Positions 49,465-60,910 of a stretch of 64,000 nucleotides of DNA are shown here, piece by piece (within the stretch, counting starts at the first letter, position 1; each line of letters opens with the position of its first letter). The stretch is from Lama glama (lineage: Eukaryota): NCBI GenBank assembly GCA_028534125.1, contig CM052841.1:66898001-66962000 (forward strand), written 5' to 3'. Under the pieces are notes generated by a model, which was not told the DNA's origin, searched no databases, and was given only the letters and a program-made list of their open reading frames with translations. Both the position numbers and the translations under genes were made by a program.

Positions 49465-52400
49465 GTAGGAAGCGCGGGGAGTGTGTCCCCGTCCCCGCAT
49501 CCGTCTTCCCCTTGGGAACCCTTGGATGTGGCCGTGGCCAGTCAGGATGGTTATGCGGGCAGAGGTCAGCACTGCGCCCCTCTTCCCAGTGTCCAGCCTC
49601 CCCGTTACATGACCCGAGCGGCCTGCACCCTTCCCGTGTGTCTCTCGCTCAACGTCCATCTCCCGTGCCGGTGCCAGGCTCCCCAGCAGGGCTGTGGTGG
49701 CGGGCTCATCCCCGCACCCCACCTGGCGGGGGTCGAGCACCTTCACCCCCTCCACCCTCATAAACACCATCTGCCACTATGCAGTGCTGTCCCAGGCACC
49801 ACCTGGGACAGGCAGGCAGAGGTTTCTTGTGTGCCCATTTTGCAGATGAGGAAATCGAGACCCAGTGGTAAAGGGATGCCACCAGGGCCATGAAGTGAGT
49901 AGGAATTTAGAGCTAGGAGGTCTGGTATGAGCTGCCCCCCACCATGGTCTTGGTCACCTGGCTTTGTTATGGCTCAGCCCACACTTGAACCTGGCAAGGA
50001 ATCACTTAGATGTTGGATCTGTCTGAGTAAACGTGGCTCTCCCCTGTCCCCACACCCTTTCTTCACTGGCACCAGCCAAAGCAGAAGGCTAATTTTAGGG
50101 TGCGCCAACCAATGAGGTTGCAAGCAATGGAGGGAGGCTGTAGGCTGGAGCGGTGCCCCCAGCACGGTCTCCCCTGGAAATCTAACTTGAGTGAGGCTGC
50201 TCAGACCGGGAGATGCCTGCATCCCTGATGACCCCTCCCCAACGGGTTGATCCTCTAGCACCCATGGGAGGGGGCTCTGCCACCCCTAGAGTAGGCTGGG
50301 CCGGGACAGGGCACCTGGCAGGGTGGCAGGACACAGGCCGGTCCAGGGCCAGAGTGGTCCCTGACCGCGGGGAGCCGTGGCCCCAGGACCGTCTTCCTTG
50401 CACAGGGAGTGCCTGCTCAATCAGGGGCGTTCCTGGCTGTGAACGTCCCTCTGGCTTCTCAGATCACCTCACAAGAGCAACTGTGTGCCTGGAGCGTGAG
50501 TGTGCGCCTGAGATTTCCTCTCCGCATGTTCCGTGCCAGGGTGGCAAACAGGTCCTGCCTGCGGGGCTCCTTGACTGGCCCTCCGCGGCGGCTCGAGCTC
50601 CTGCTGGAGAGCCGGCCGAGGCTGTCCCCCCCTGCAGGGCAGTGCTGGGACTCATCCGCGACTTCTGCCCTGGGCACTGGAGGGCTGGCTCTCATTGGTT
50701 TCGTGCTGTTGAGTTTATACTCAGCAAACACAAATCCACAAGGGTCCCCCTGTGCGGGATGAAGGATGACGATCTCGGTCCCCAGTTCCGGCTCCAGGTC
50801 TCAGGTCCAGAAAGGTGAGAGGGCTTCTCAGGAGGGACAACCAGCAAACTGCAGGCACCTGAAAAAGCAGGAGCCCACACGGCCTGGGGGGCATCGTGGC
50901 AGCACTGGACCTGAGCCTGGAGGGCGAGGAGGGTTTTCACAAGGGAGGCAGACAGGTGCCACACTCCAGATGGAGGGACGGGAAAGGGAGAGCGTGTTCC
51001 GGGAACACAGGCTGCCCAGCCTGGCTGCAGTGCAGGGAGTGGGAAAGAGGGGTGGAGGGGATCAGAGAGCAGGGACCGCTGGATCACCTGGTGCCTGAAG
51101 GTGGAGCAACCGGACTCGGTCTTCAGGGTGGCGATGCCAGGTGACCCTGCATCAGACGCTGGGGACATTTTCCTCTCTCTGTTTCACCAGTATCTTGCAT
51201 CATATGTAGCCACACAGCCCTCTTCCTTCCTGTCTCTTTTTCTTTCTGTCCCTCCCGGGCTGCGTGGCCCTGGGTGGGTGCCCTCACCCCTGCCCATGCT
51301 TGCTGAGCTCCCTCAGCCGTTCTGAAGCCGGAGGAGCTTGTGCCCACCCGCGCCCAGCTGGGCGTGGGCCCCGGGGTGCACTCAGCCAACGGCTGCTAGC
51401 GATCCCTTCCCGGATGCGTAACTAACACTGCTTGCCACCGCTGGAGTTAATCTCCAGCGCGCACAGAGAGGAGCAGAAGTCCGCGTGGGCCTCGGCATGA
51501 TACGGGGTTTATTGCTCATTTAAAACCTGAAAGCAAATGGATTTTTGAAAGCTCCTTAAGCCCAGGGAAGTCTGTCTTGCCCTGATGATCTGCCTGTATT
51601 TATGGAACCTTTGCCACATATTGGAGGCTCCTGTCACTTCACAAATCTGGAGACGGGTTGCTTTTCTATAAATATCAAAATCCCACAATTATTTCATTAT
51701 TTAACCCCCATCAGAATTTTAACCAATTGCATCTGCCTTTTTATGATTATCCTCTGATGCAATCAGCCCAGAGACACAGAGGCTGAGTTTGGACACTGCA
51801 GGGGGAGTGTGGCGGAGGGAGGGAGGGAAAGGGGGAAGGAGGCAGAGGGGGTGTTCGTGGCTCCACCTCCGAGTGGCTGAGCAGGGAGACAGCCCAGCCC
51901 ACTGACGGCACCCTGGGCCGGGGTCCCAGCACCAGCACTTCCCAGCCCCGCAGGGTCTCCGGCTCAAGCTCTGAGCTTCGGTTTCCTTGTCTATACATGT
52001 GAGGCGATGATTCTCCGGTTACTCGGGTTCCCCCACCCACCCCCCAGCTCTTCTGCGGATTCTAGGGGGTGGGCCACGTCCACCCTCTTGCCTCCCACAA
52101 GGGACCAGCCCAGTGCCCCACCCCGAAGTACTCAGGGCCTCGCTGACCATTTCCAGGCAGGGATAGGGCAGGGGAGGGGCTCCTGGAGGCCACATGGCTT
52201 TGCGGCTGTACCTGGGTGCCGGCATCCTTAGAAGGCGGGCCATCAGCTTTGACTGGCCACTGGGAGGCTGCCCAAGGAGCTTCCTGGACTCTCTTCCAAT
52301 TAGCTGACGGCAGGAAGGGTTGGCAGGTGTGACTGCACCGTGGTGGGCAGAAGGGCTGAATTCTTCTTTGGGAGAGGCCCTTGGCTTCAGGCCCAGAGAG

Positions 52401-53092
52401 GGCAGCAGCTTGTCTGAGAGCACACAGAGCGCTGTTGAGCAAGAGGCGCCTGGGCCGGTGCGCGACCCAGGGGCCTGCCCGCCGGGGCCACCCTTGCTGC
52501 GGGGGCCCCCCTCGGTCCTGCTCCGATTTGTCCTGAGATGTCCTCTCGGTAGACTTGGGTCCCGGGTCCCTGCAGGACAGGACTCGAAGCCAAAAGGCTG
52601 CACCTTAAATGTTTCTTGCTGGTTTCACCGCACAGACGCGCACTCGCCTGCCCGACGGGGGCCTGGGCTCCTCTGCGAGCCGGGCCGTGCCCTCCTTTCT
52701 GCCCAGACTGTAAAGACAGGCCGTCCTGCTGGCCGACTCCTGCTCAGATCCCCTTGGCTGAGCAGTGAGACCCTGGGGGGCTGGCGAGTCTCCCAGATCT
52801 ACTGCGGGCCTCTCCCCGACCCGCTTCAGTGGCTCGGTCTCCTTGCCTGCCTGAACTCTTTCCGCGGCATTTGCCTCGTTTCCACAGACACAGCAGCTCT
52901 TCTTTTCCACGTGGGTGACGTCGGGGTGTGTGAATAGATCCTTGAGGTGGTGACAGCTTTGGGAACAAATGCAGGGCTCTCGGTACAGCCGCAGGCGGGG
53001 GCCAGCGTGGGGTGACCGGGTGCCTCCTGGTCGGTCTGCGGGGGGCGGCCGACGGAGCGGGCCTTGCCTCACCGCCGCCCGCCTCCTCCCAG

Positions 53093-53259
53093 GCCGGCGC
53101 GACTCCTCGGGCATCCGCCTGTACTACACGGCCACGCTGCGGCGCTTCGACGCTGGCATCCTGGAGCTGGGCCTGGTGTACACGCCGGTGATGGCCGTCC
53201 CGCCGCAGGAGACGGCCTTCGTCCTCAGCGGCTACTGCACGGACAAGTGCACCCAGCTG
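53093..53259 (+). CDS. DBH: DBH exon 6
   Basis: cccag|GC; RRDSSGIRLYYTATLRRFDAGILELGLVYTPVMAVPPQETAFVLSGYCTDKCTQL; CTG|gtgagt; 167 nt. Confidence 0.97.
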
Positions 53260-56204
53260 GTGAGTGTGGGCTGGGCCTGGCGCCGCTGGTCCACCGCTGC
53301 GACCCTGCGGGTGGGGCCGAGGAAGGCGGCGTGCGGCTTTGACTCCCGACCCTGCACTTCTCTTTCTCTCTCTCCTGTGGAGGCAAAGGAGGCTTCCGGT
53401 GTGCGTCTGACCTCCTGCTCCAGCAATAACAGGGCTCCCACTTTGTCACACCTGCACGCTCTGCATTTCCAAATGCGCGTTCATCCTATGAGTGAGACAG
53501 ACGTGTTCACCACTAAAAACGCAGGCCGTGCGGCTAACGATAAAGACCCCCTAGGCCACAGCATCCTCTCCTCCTGCCCGAGACAGCCGGTTATGGGGTC
53601 TTACGTGTCCCTCCAGACTTTTCCCCTACATGTTTCTACACGCTCTTACGTGGGGTGTGTTTAAAAACAAATTGAATGCTAACCGTTTGCCCCATGACTT
53701 CCCTTTTAACTGACACCCGGCGTCCACAGTGTGGATTCACTGGGGGCGTTACCAGTGCTGGACCAGCTGAGGCCAGCAGGGCGCCCAGAACGCAGATGCA
53801 CTGGTCTCTGGGGCCATGGGAGGGCGGGGAGGGGCACAGGTCGGCGCTTAGACTCAGAGCTGGCGGTGGGACCTAGCTGCCAGAGGAGCGGAAATGACTC
53901 CCCAAATTCTGCACCCTTGGGGCTCCCTGGCCTCACCCAGCCCCATCCTTGTGCTGAACTGTCCCCTTCTCACCAGTTCCAGGCCGCTGACCACTTTTCA
54001 CGGGTGGGAAGAAGGCCACAGGGAGGTCCTGTGCACACGGGGAACATTTATCAGGTGGCTCCTAGCAGCGGGCTTGCCACGCACAGAGATGTGAGCTTTA
54101 ATTTGAATAAATCTGGCAAGACGCCCCCCAGAAAGCCCCTCTGATGCCCTATCCACACTCAGGAGCAGCGGGTCCCCAGGGCCCGGATTTCCCGACCCAC
54201 TGCACCATCAGTGCTGATATATCTGCTCAGTCGCTTGGGAGAAAGCAGCACGGTTGTTCGGTTTGAATTCCCTGTTTATGGAACCTGATCTTTCCATCTG
54301 CCTCTTGGCCGTTGGGCCTTCTTGCCTGTGAATATCTGTTCATAACGGGTGCCCAGTTTTTCTGATGGGTCGTCCGTCTTGCTCTCGGCGGCAAGTTCCT
54401 TTTCTGTCGTGCATGTTATTCCACAGTCTGTTGTGAGTGCTGCAAGCACTCCCTCCGTGTTGTCCCCTTGCTGGTCACCCCGACCTGCAAAGTGAGTGTC
54501 AACAGCCCCGCTTCACGGATGAGGAGACTGAGGCTGGCCGGTCGCAGTGCCTGCGGTGGCAGAGTGAGGAGTCAGACCCGGGTCGGCCTGGCCACACACA
54601 GCGGGCCGCGGCATGATGCACTCTACAGTAGGTTTGTCTTCCTGGTGAGCTGATTCAGTGGGCTTTGTTCCTCACGTGGGCTCCCTGAGCCTCCAAGTGT
54701 CCCCGAGCCAGAGGGACAAGGTGGACCTGCCAGCCCGCACAGCCTCGCCCGCACCCGCAGGGCATCAGCGCCTCTTGTCTGAGTCCAGGAGTGGTGAGGA
54801 ATCTTGCCCACAGCTGCACCTGACACTTTCCCATGTCGTGTCCCCAAACTGCCAGCGGGAGGGCTCTGTGGCCCGGCCTGGGGCTGGGGCTGCAGACTCA
54901 CTGGGAAGAGTGGCCCCAGACCGAGCCACTGCCCTTCGCCAGCAGGACGAGGTCATGTTGACAGTTGACCTTGAGAACGCCTCTCACCAGCCTAGGACCA
55001 CAGACCTGCTTTCTCTCACCAGAGTCTCCAAATACCTTAGAGCGACATAAAGAATTCAATTTTCTGCGTTTTCCCCTTCAAACGGTACATTCTTTCTGTG
55101 GACGCTACTGAAGGGCCTCCCACGGAGTGGGGTCTCGCCTCCATGAGCTGACACCAAGGGGCACCATTCCCACAGTCAGAAGCCTGTGTGGCCTAGAGCT
55201 CCTCGCTGAAGAAGACAAGCCGAGAAGAAGGTCAGTGTTCTGGTCCAGAGGCCCCAGGACAGCTGTCCCCCCGCACCTGTCACACCCGCATCTCCGGGCA
55301 AGTGGTCAGCCGCTGGGGACCTGAGGGGAGAAACCCAGGGCCCACCCGTCAGCAGGGGCTCTGAGGCTCAACCCAATCATCACAAATGTGGCCATAAGGT
55401 TTCCCATTCCTCAAATCTTTGCAAGGGGGCCAGAAGTTACCGCAAATTTTCAATAATGACAAAGGACAGTAGCTGGTGGAGAACAAGACAGACGCACAAA
55501 CGTGGTGTCAGGTGGCCTGCAGACAGTGCAGCAGCCTGGGGTCCCCAGTGATGGGTGACAGCACCAGGAACTCCCCGAGCTGCCGATGGTGTGCACCAAG
55601 CGGAACAGAACACAGAGGTGCGTGGTCGGGGCTACAGTGCCTCGTGGACAACACGCTTGGTGTGTGTAATCCATTTTAGGAGATGTTCTGTCTAAAGCGA
55701 GTGGACGTTAAGTGAGGGAAGACACCCATGCTCTGGAAGAGTCCCTTCTGCCCCGGTGGTGACGTGAGGTCTGGCCCGCCGACCACTCTGAAGGTCAGCG
55801 TCACGGCTGTAACATGAGGTGCTGGTGACAGCAGGGACTGGCTGCCTGGTGGTTATGCGGACATAGGGAGCTCATGCCACAGGGAAGTAGAGGCCTGCGG
55901 GTGCTAAAGCATGGCAGGCTGGACAGGAAGACCCAGACCTGTCGCCATCTGTCATCCACCAGACATCACCCTGCGGAGCAGGGTGGCCACAGTGTGCTCA
56001 CTTTGGTGGCCTCCGCCTTAGAGTCTGTGGAACTGACTGAACTGACCAGAGGGGAGGACCAAAGGGAAGCCATTGGTCCCCAGATGAGCCTCCAAGCCAG
56101 TAGTGCTGTTTTGGAAGACCCGGCTGTGACCACGACATCATTCTTAGGACAACAGATTTTTTTTCTTTGTATAAGTGATCTTTTAAACTTGGGTATTTTT
56201 CTTT

Positions 56205-56575
56205 TTTTTTTAATAATTTTTTTATTGAAGTCTAGTCAGTTTACAATGTTGTGTTAATTTCTGGTGCACAGAGTAATGTCTCAGTCACACACACACACAC
56301 ACACACACACATCTTCCTTTTCACATTTTTTCATTAGGGGTTCCTGCAAGATATTGCATAGCTTCCCTGTGCTCTACAGTATAAACTTGCTGGTTAGCTG
56401 TTTTACAGACAGTGGATAGTTTCTGCAGATCTCAAACTCCCAATCTGCCCCTTCCCACCCGCTTCCCTGCCAGGAACCGCAAGTTGGTTCTCAATGTCTG
56501 TGAGTCTGTTTCTGTTTTGTAAATACGTTCGTCTTTTTGTGGGGGGGGATTCCACATGTAAGTGATATCACACAG
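56205..56575 (-). mobile_element. LINE-1 3' end with internal (CA)n
   Basis: Poly-T then ttattgaagt..tttacaatgttgtgttaatttctggtg..., tgtctgtgagtctgtttctgttttgtaaat and attccacatgtaagtgatatc, characteristic of an antisense cetartiodactyl-type L1 3' UTR/ORF2 end. Confidence 0.85.
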
Positions 56576-56731
56576 TTTTCTGGTGGGGGATTTAACTGCC
56601 CAGGGAGAAGGGCGGGCCAGGGTGACACAGAGTCCAGGGAAGCAAGCTCCCTTGGCTGCTCCGTGGCCCGAGGTGCCGCCGGCCGCCTCGCTCAGGCCCT
56701 GGCCCTCCCGCACCCATCCCCGCCCCCGCAG

Positions 56732-56875
56732 GCCCTGCCTCCCTCGGGGATCCACATCTTCGCCTCTCAGCTCCACACGCACCTGGCGGGCAGGAAGGTG
56801 GTCACGGTCCTGGCCCGGGACGGCCACGAGATGGAGGTCGTGAACCGGGACGACCACTACAGCCCTCACTTCCAG
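56732..56875 (+). CDS. DBH: DBH exon 7 (CuM HxH ligands)
   Basis: ccgcag|GCC; ALPPSGIHIFASQLHTHLAGRKVVTVLARDGHEMEVVNRDDHYSPHFQ; CAG|gtaggg; 144 nt. Confidence 0.97.
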
Positions 56876-57153
56876 GTAGGGACCCCCCCCACCCCTCCCG
56901 CCCTGTCGGACCCCCTCTCTCCCCACAGCCCACCCTGGGGCTCCTTCTCCCGGGCCGGGCACAGACCCCCGAGGAGCACACACAGCCGGCTGGTTCCTCT
57001 GGCGGACTTACTCTAAGGGAGGGACTCTGGTGGGGGACTCTGGTGTGTGGCCGACTGTGGGCGTAGGGGCACCTGGCATCCCTGAGATGACTGCCTTCGG
57101 GTCCTAATCCCTCCCCTGCCAGAGGCCAGCTGTAGCCAACCCTGGCCTCCCCC

Positions 57154-57191
57154 GGGGGGCGGGGCGGGGTGGGGCGGGGCCGGGGGCGGGG
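57154..57191 (+). other. Seven consecutive G4-6 tracts (G-quadruplex motif) upstream of DBH exon 8
   Basis: ggggggcggggcggggtggggcggggccgggggcgggg. Confidence 0.85.
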
Positions 57192-57247
57192 CCTGGAGCT
57201 CTCTGACAGCCCGTCCTCTTCTCCCCGCCCTCCGCCCCGCCCCCCAG

Positions 57248-57286
57248 GAGATCCGCATGTTGAAGAAGGTCGTGTCTGTCCACCCG
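57248..57286 (+). CDS. DBH: DBH exon 8 (39-nt exon)
   Basis: ccccag|GAG; EIRMLKKVVSVHP; CCG|gtgagt. Confidence 0.95.
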
Positions 57287-57799
57287 GTGAGTGCCCAGTT
57301 AGGGACGGGGAGGCCTGAGGGGAGGGACAGGACGCGATGGGGGAGAGCGGAGGCCATGGGAGGTCTTCTGGAACCATGTCCGCGCAGGGCAGGGGCTGGG
57401 GCTCCGCACCCCCGTGAGGCTCCCTGGGACTGCGAGGAGAGGCCCAGAGGGGACAGGACCAGAGGGCGCTCCGGGTGATGGGCTCCGCCTACCCGATTAG
57501 CCGACCGCCAACCAGAGAGCTTTAGGGAGAGACGAGGGCCTGGAGGTCAGTGGGGGCCGCTGACTGTGCCGGAGGGGAGTCCCAGGCCAGGAGGGGGCTT
57601 GACACAGCCCGCGGCCCCTGTACAAAGAGGCCGCAGAAGCCAACAGGTAATCACTCCCTGGGGACACTCAGAGTGTGACCTCACCTGTGGGTTCCTCAGT
57701 AGCGGACTGACCAGCACAGACACACGTGGGATGGGCCCAGCACACCTGGCACCCCAGGTGGGCAGGTGCCAGAGGGCGTCTGTTGGCTTGGCTCTGCAG

Positions 57800-57859
57800 G
57801 GAGACGTGCTTATCACCTCCTGCACATACAACACGGAAGACAGGAAGCTGGCCACCGTG
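57800..57859 (+). CDS. DBH: DBH exon 9
   Basis: ctgcag|GGA; GDVLITSCTYNTEDRKLATV; GTG|gtaagt; 60 nt. Confidence 0.96.
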
Positions 57860-58027
57860 GTAAGTCACCCCAGCTTCCCTCTGCCACCTGCCCGGGGAGC
57901 ACGTGTGGCCGTGTTGGGGGGGCTGTTCAAACTGGGACTTCCTACACTTTCATGAGGACCAGTCTTAACTCCTCATCTGGAGCGGAGGTTGCCGGAGGGC
58001 GAGGTGCCCCACCCCCATTCAATACAC

Positions 58028-58220
58028 CAGTGGGTCTCGGGCTGTGGTCCCTGGACCAGCTGCGCCTGCATCCCTGGGAACTTGGTGAAAAAAAACATAA
58101 GCTCGTTCACTCCTTCTCAGACCTATGCAGAGTTGGGATTTGGGTGGTGACACCCATGATCTGTGGTCTAACAAGCTCCCTGGGTTATTCTGATGGCTGT
58201 CCTAATTCGAGAGCCACTGC
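58028..58220. mobile_element. MER5A-like hAT MITE
   Basis: cagtgggtctc..tgtggtccctggaccagc...ctaacaagctccctgggttattctgatg...gagagccactg with cagtgg/ccactg termini. Confidence 0.7.
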
Positions 58221-59044
58221 AGTGAATGTGTATCAGCATCAGAGCCAGTGCTGGGAGAGGCCATGGGCATGAGGTTGCTCCCTGCTCCGCACAGCTCAGT
58301 CGCCCAGGGAGACAGGTCTGCCACACCTGCCGCCAGGGCAACGAGGTGGAGGAGTGATTGTCAGACAGAGACCAAGGAGGGGGCGGGGTGGCGATGGGGG
58401 CAGAGGAAGGAGAATCAGGGCTCTGGGCAGAAGGGAGGTGGGCAGGAAGGCCCGGAGGACAAAGAACATTCTCCGACCTTAGGTCGCCCTGCCCCTGCTT
58501 TTCTAACTGTTAATCAGCAAAACTAAAGGGGCGACAGAAACATTCATCATCATGCCGTGCCCTTCTGGGTTTCACGCAAAGACAATTCTGTGCAAAGTTA
58601 TGGCTGACTCTGCTCCGCAGGGAGGGGACACGGGTTCATCTGGGCTGGACTGTGGACAGCCAGGGAGGAGGAGCTACTAGGGGAGAGACTGTCCTCAAGG
58701 CCGGGTGTGCAGACAGTGCCAGCAGATGGGTGGTCACACGACGTGTCGTGCAGCTGGGGCACTTCTGGAGAGAAAGGGGATGCTGCTAACAGTTACGGGG
58801 GGTCAACGCGCATCCACCCAGGCTGCCCTGGGCACACTGGCCGCCTGCTGACGGAGCCTTGCTGACTGTCCTGTTAGTCGCTGTAGCTCCCAGCAAGCAT
58901 CTCGTGAATCCCGAGGCTCCAAGCGGACCACACCTGGGTTACATCCCAGCCGGCCGTCCATGCCCCCGGAACCGCGGTCCACACCTGGCACCGCTCTGTC
59001 CTTTCACTCAGCCAGCGTTTATTGATCTTTTGCTCTCTGGCTCC

Positions 59045-59500
59045 TTTCGCTTTTCTGGGTATAGTTCACACACCGTACAATTCACCCATTCCAAGTGTGC
59101 AATTCGATGGCGTTGAGTGTATGTGCTACGTGCAGCCATCACCTGTGAATTTCAGAACATTTCATCACCGCACAAGGAACCCTGAATCCTCCAGCCGACA
59201 CCCCTACACTCCCTCCCTGTCCCCTCAGCCCCAAGCAACCCCTGATCTACTTGCTGTCTCTATGGAGTCACCAATTCTGGACTTCGGGTAAATGGGATGA
59301 TACGATCTATGCCCTTTTGTGACTGGCTGTTTTCACTCAGCATCACATTTCCAAGGGTCATCCACGTAGCAGCGTGAGTCAGTGCTCCATTCCCCTTTAT
59401 GGCTAAGTGAGACTCCATCACATGGCTGGACCACAGTTCTTCACCATTCGTGTGTGGATGGACACTGGGGTGTCTCCACATCTTATTTAGCTTTGACAAC
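59045..59500 (-). mobile_element. Old LINE-1 (L1MB/MC-like) 3' end
   Basis: acaattcacccattccaagtgtgcaattcgatgg, tagcagcgtgagtcagtgctccattcccctttatggct, gtggatggacactgggg. Confidence 0.8.
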
Positions 59501-60339
59501 TGTCTCCGACGTAGGAATCTTTGTCTCTGTCTTCATAGGTGAGAAACAGGCCCAGAGAGGGGAGACACTTGCCCACGGCCACACAGCTGATGGCTAGGAT
59601 TTAACCCAGAGATGAGTGCCTGCAAATTTCCTGCCTCATGCTTCCTTCCTACCTCTGGATTTGGGGTGACAACTTCTCTGAGTCCATGGTCACATACTCG
59701 GGGGGGGGCAGGAGAGCTTTGTAGGCAGGCAGCCCTGCCCTAAGCCCCAGCACCCTCTTTACGATACTGTGAGGAGAGGCTCAGTACATAACACGCAGCT
59801 GCGAATGTGGGGCACCTGCTCCACGTGGAGGCTTGTTCTAACGACTCACCGTGTCCCCACGTAGGAACCCTCGAAGTCTGGCCAGGGCCCTAGGAGGCAG
59901 CTGCCCCAGGAGACAGTGAGGTGGAGCGAATGAGGGGACCCAGCTAGCAGGGGGCACAGCTGGGCCAGGTGCCCACCCTACATGTGCTGCCTCTTGGTAG
60001 AGTGCAGTTCATGCAATGAGTAAGCCCCAGGTGGAGCACAGAGTCTCCCATTCAGTAGGTGAGGCCACTGGGGCTGACGGCAGGGGAGGCACTTACTGGA
60101 CATCCAGCCAGTGAACAGAGAAGGGGAGCCCCCGAGGCAGACCCTGCTCAGTGCTACTTCAGCGAGGGCCACGCTCCCTGCCCCTTCCAACCTCATCCAG
60201 GCCAACTGATGTCACTCCCTGGATGTTCCTGCCAGGTGAGCACCACTGGCGTCGCCAGGCCGCAGACTCCCACCCTCCTCTGGGAGGCTACCTCACAGCA
60301 CCAGGTGGGATCGCAGAGGGCAGCTGGGCCTTCCTGCAT

Positions 60340-60497
60340 TCTGACCGCCAGGGGCCCGCTGCCCTGGGGAACTCTGACCGCCCAGGGCCCGCTGCCCTGG
60401 GGAACTCTGACGGCCCGGGGCCCACTGCCCTGGGGAATTCTGACCGCCCGGGGCCCGCTGCCCTGGGGAACTCTGACCAACCGGGCCGCTGCCCTGT
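60340..60497. repeat. 33-bp minisatellite, about 4.8 copies (DBH intron 9)
   Basis: Unit tctgaccgcccggggcccgctgccctggggaac starts at 60340, 60373, 60406, 60439, 60472. Confidence 0.95.
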
Positions 60498-60774
60498 GGG
60501 ACAGGGCCTTTGAAATGTGATTTCCCTCCCGGGGCCAAGACAAAGGGAGAGCTTCCAGAGGGTTGGGACTCTCTTGATGTTTGAGGCGAAGAATAGTACA
60601 AGGAACAGGAATTTGTGGAATCTTGGGAGGGAGGTTATCCTCCCGGTCTGAGGATCGGTGATGGAAGCCCTGGTTCCCCCCAGGAAATAGGGACTCAGAG
60701 CCAGGGAGCAACACAGGTGCAAGGCCGCCCCCCCGGAGCCAGCCAGGGGCCTGACAGCTGCTCCGGGGGTTGCC

Positions 60775-60910
60775 TTTTTTTTAATTAAAAAAAATGTTTT
60801 TGGGTGGGGATAATCAGGCTTGTTTATGTATTTGATAGCGGCGCTGGGGTCGGAACCCAGGACCTCGTGCCTGCTGAGCACGCGCTCCGCCGCTGAGCTG
60901 CGCCCTCCCC
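60775..60910 (-). mobile_element. tRNA-Ala-derived SINE (Vic-1-like, camelid)
   Basis: - strand GGGGAGGGCGCAGCTCAGCGGCGGAGCGCGTGCTCAGCAGGCACGAGGTCCTGGGTTCCGACCCCAG has degenerate A/B boxes and a tRNA-Ala-like body, then an A-rich linker and poly-A tail. Family name from memory. Confidence 0.8.

Noticed and set aside
60340-60497. CRISPR-like array
   Set aside because: Head-to-tail repeats with no unique spacers, mammalian intron, no cas genes.
60836-60910. Functional tRNA-Ala gene
   Set aside because: Degenerate A/B boxes and disrupted stems, with a poly-A tail instead of an oligo-T terminator; it is a SINE.
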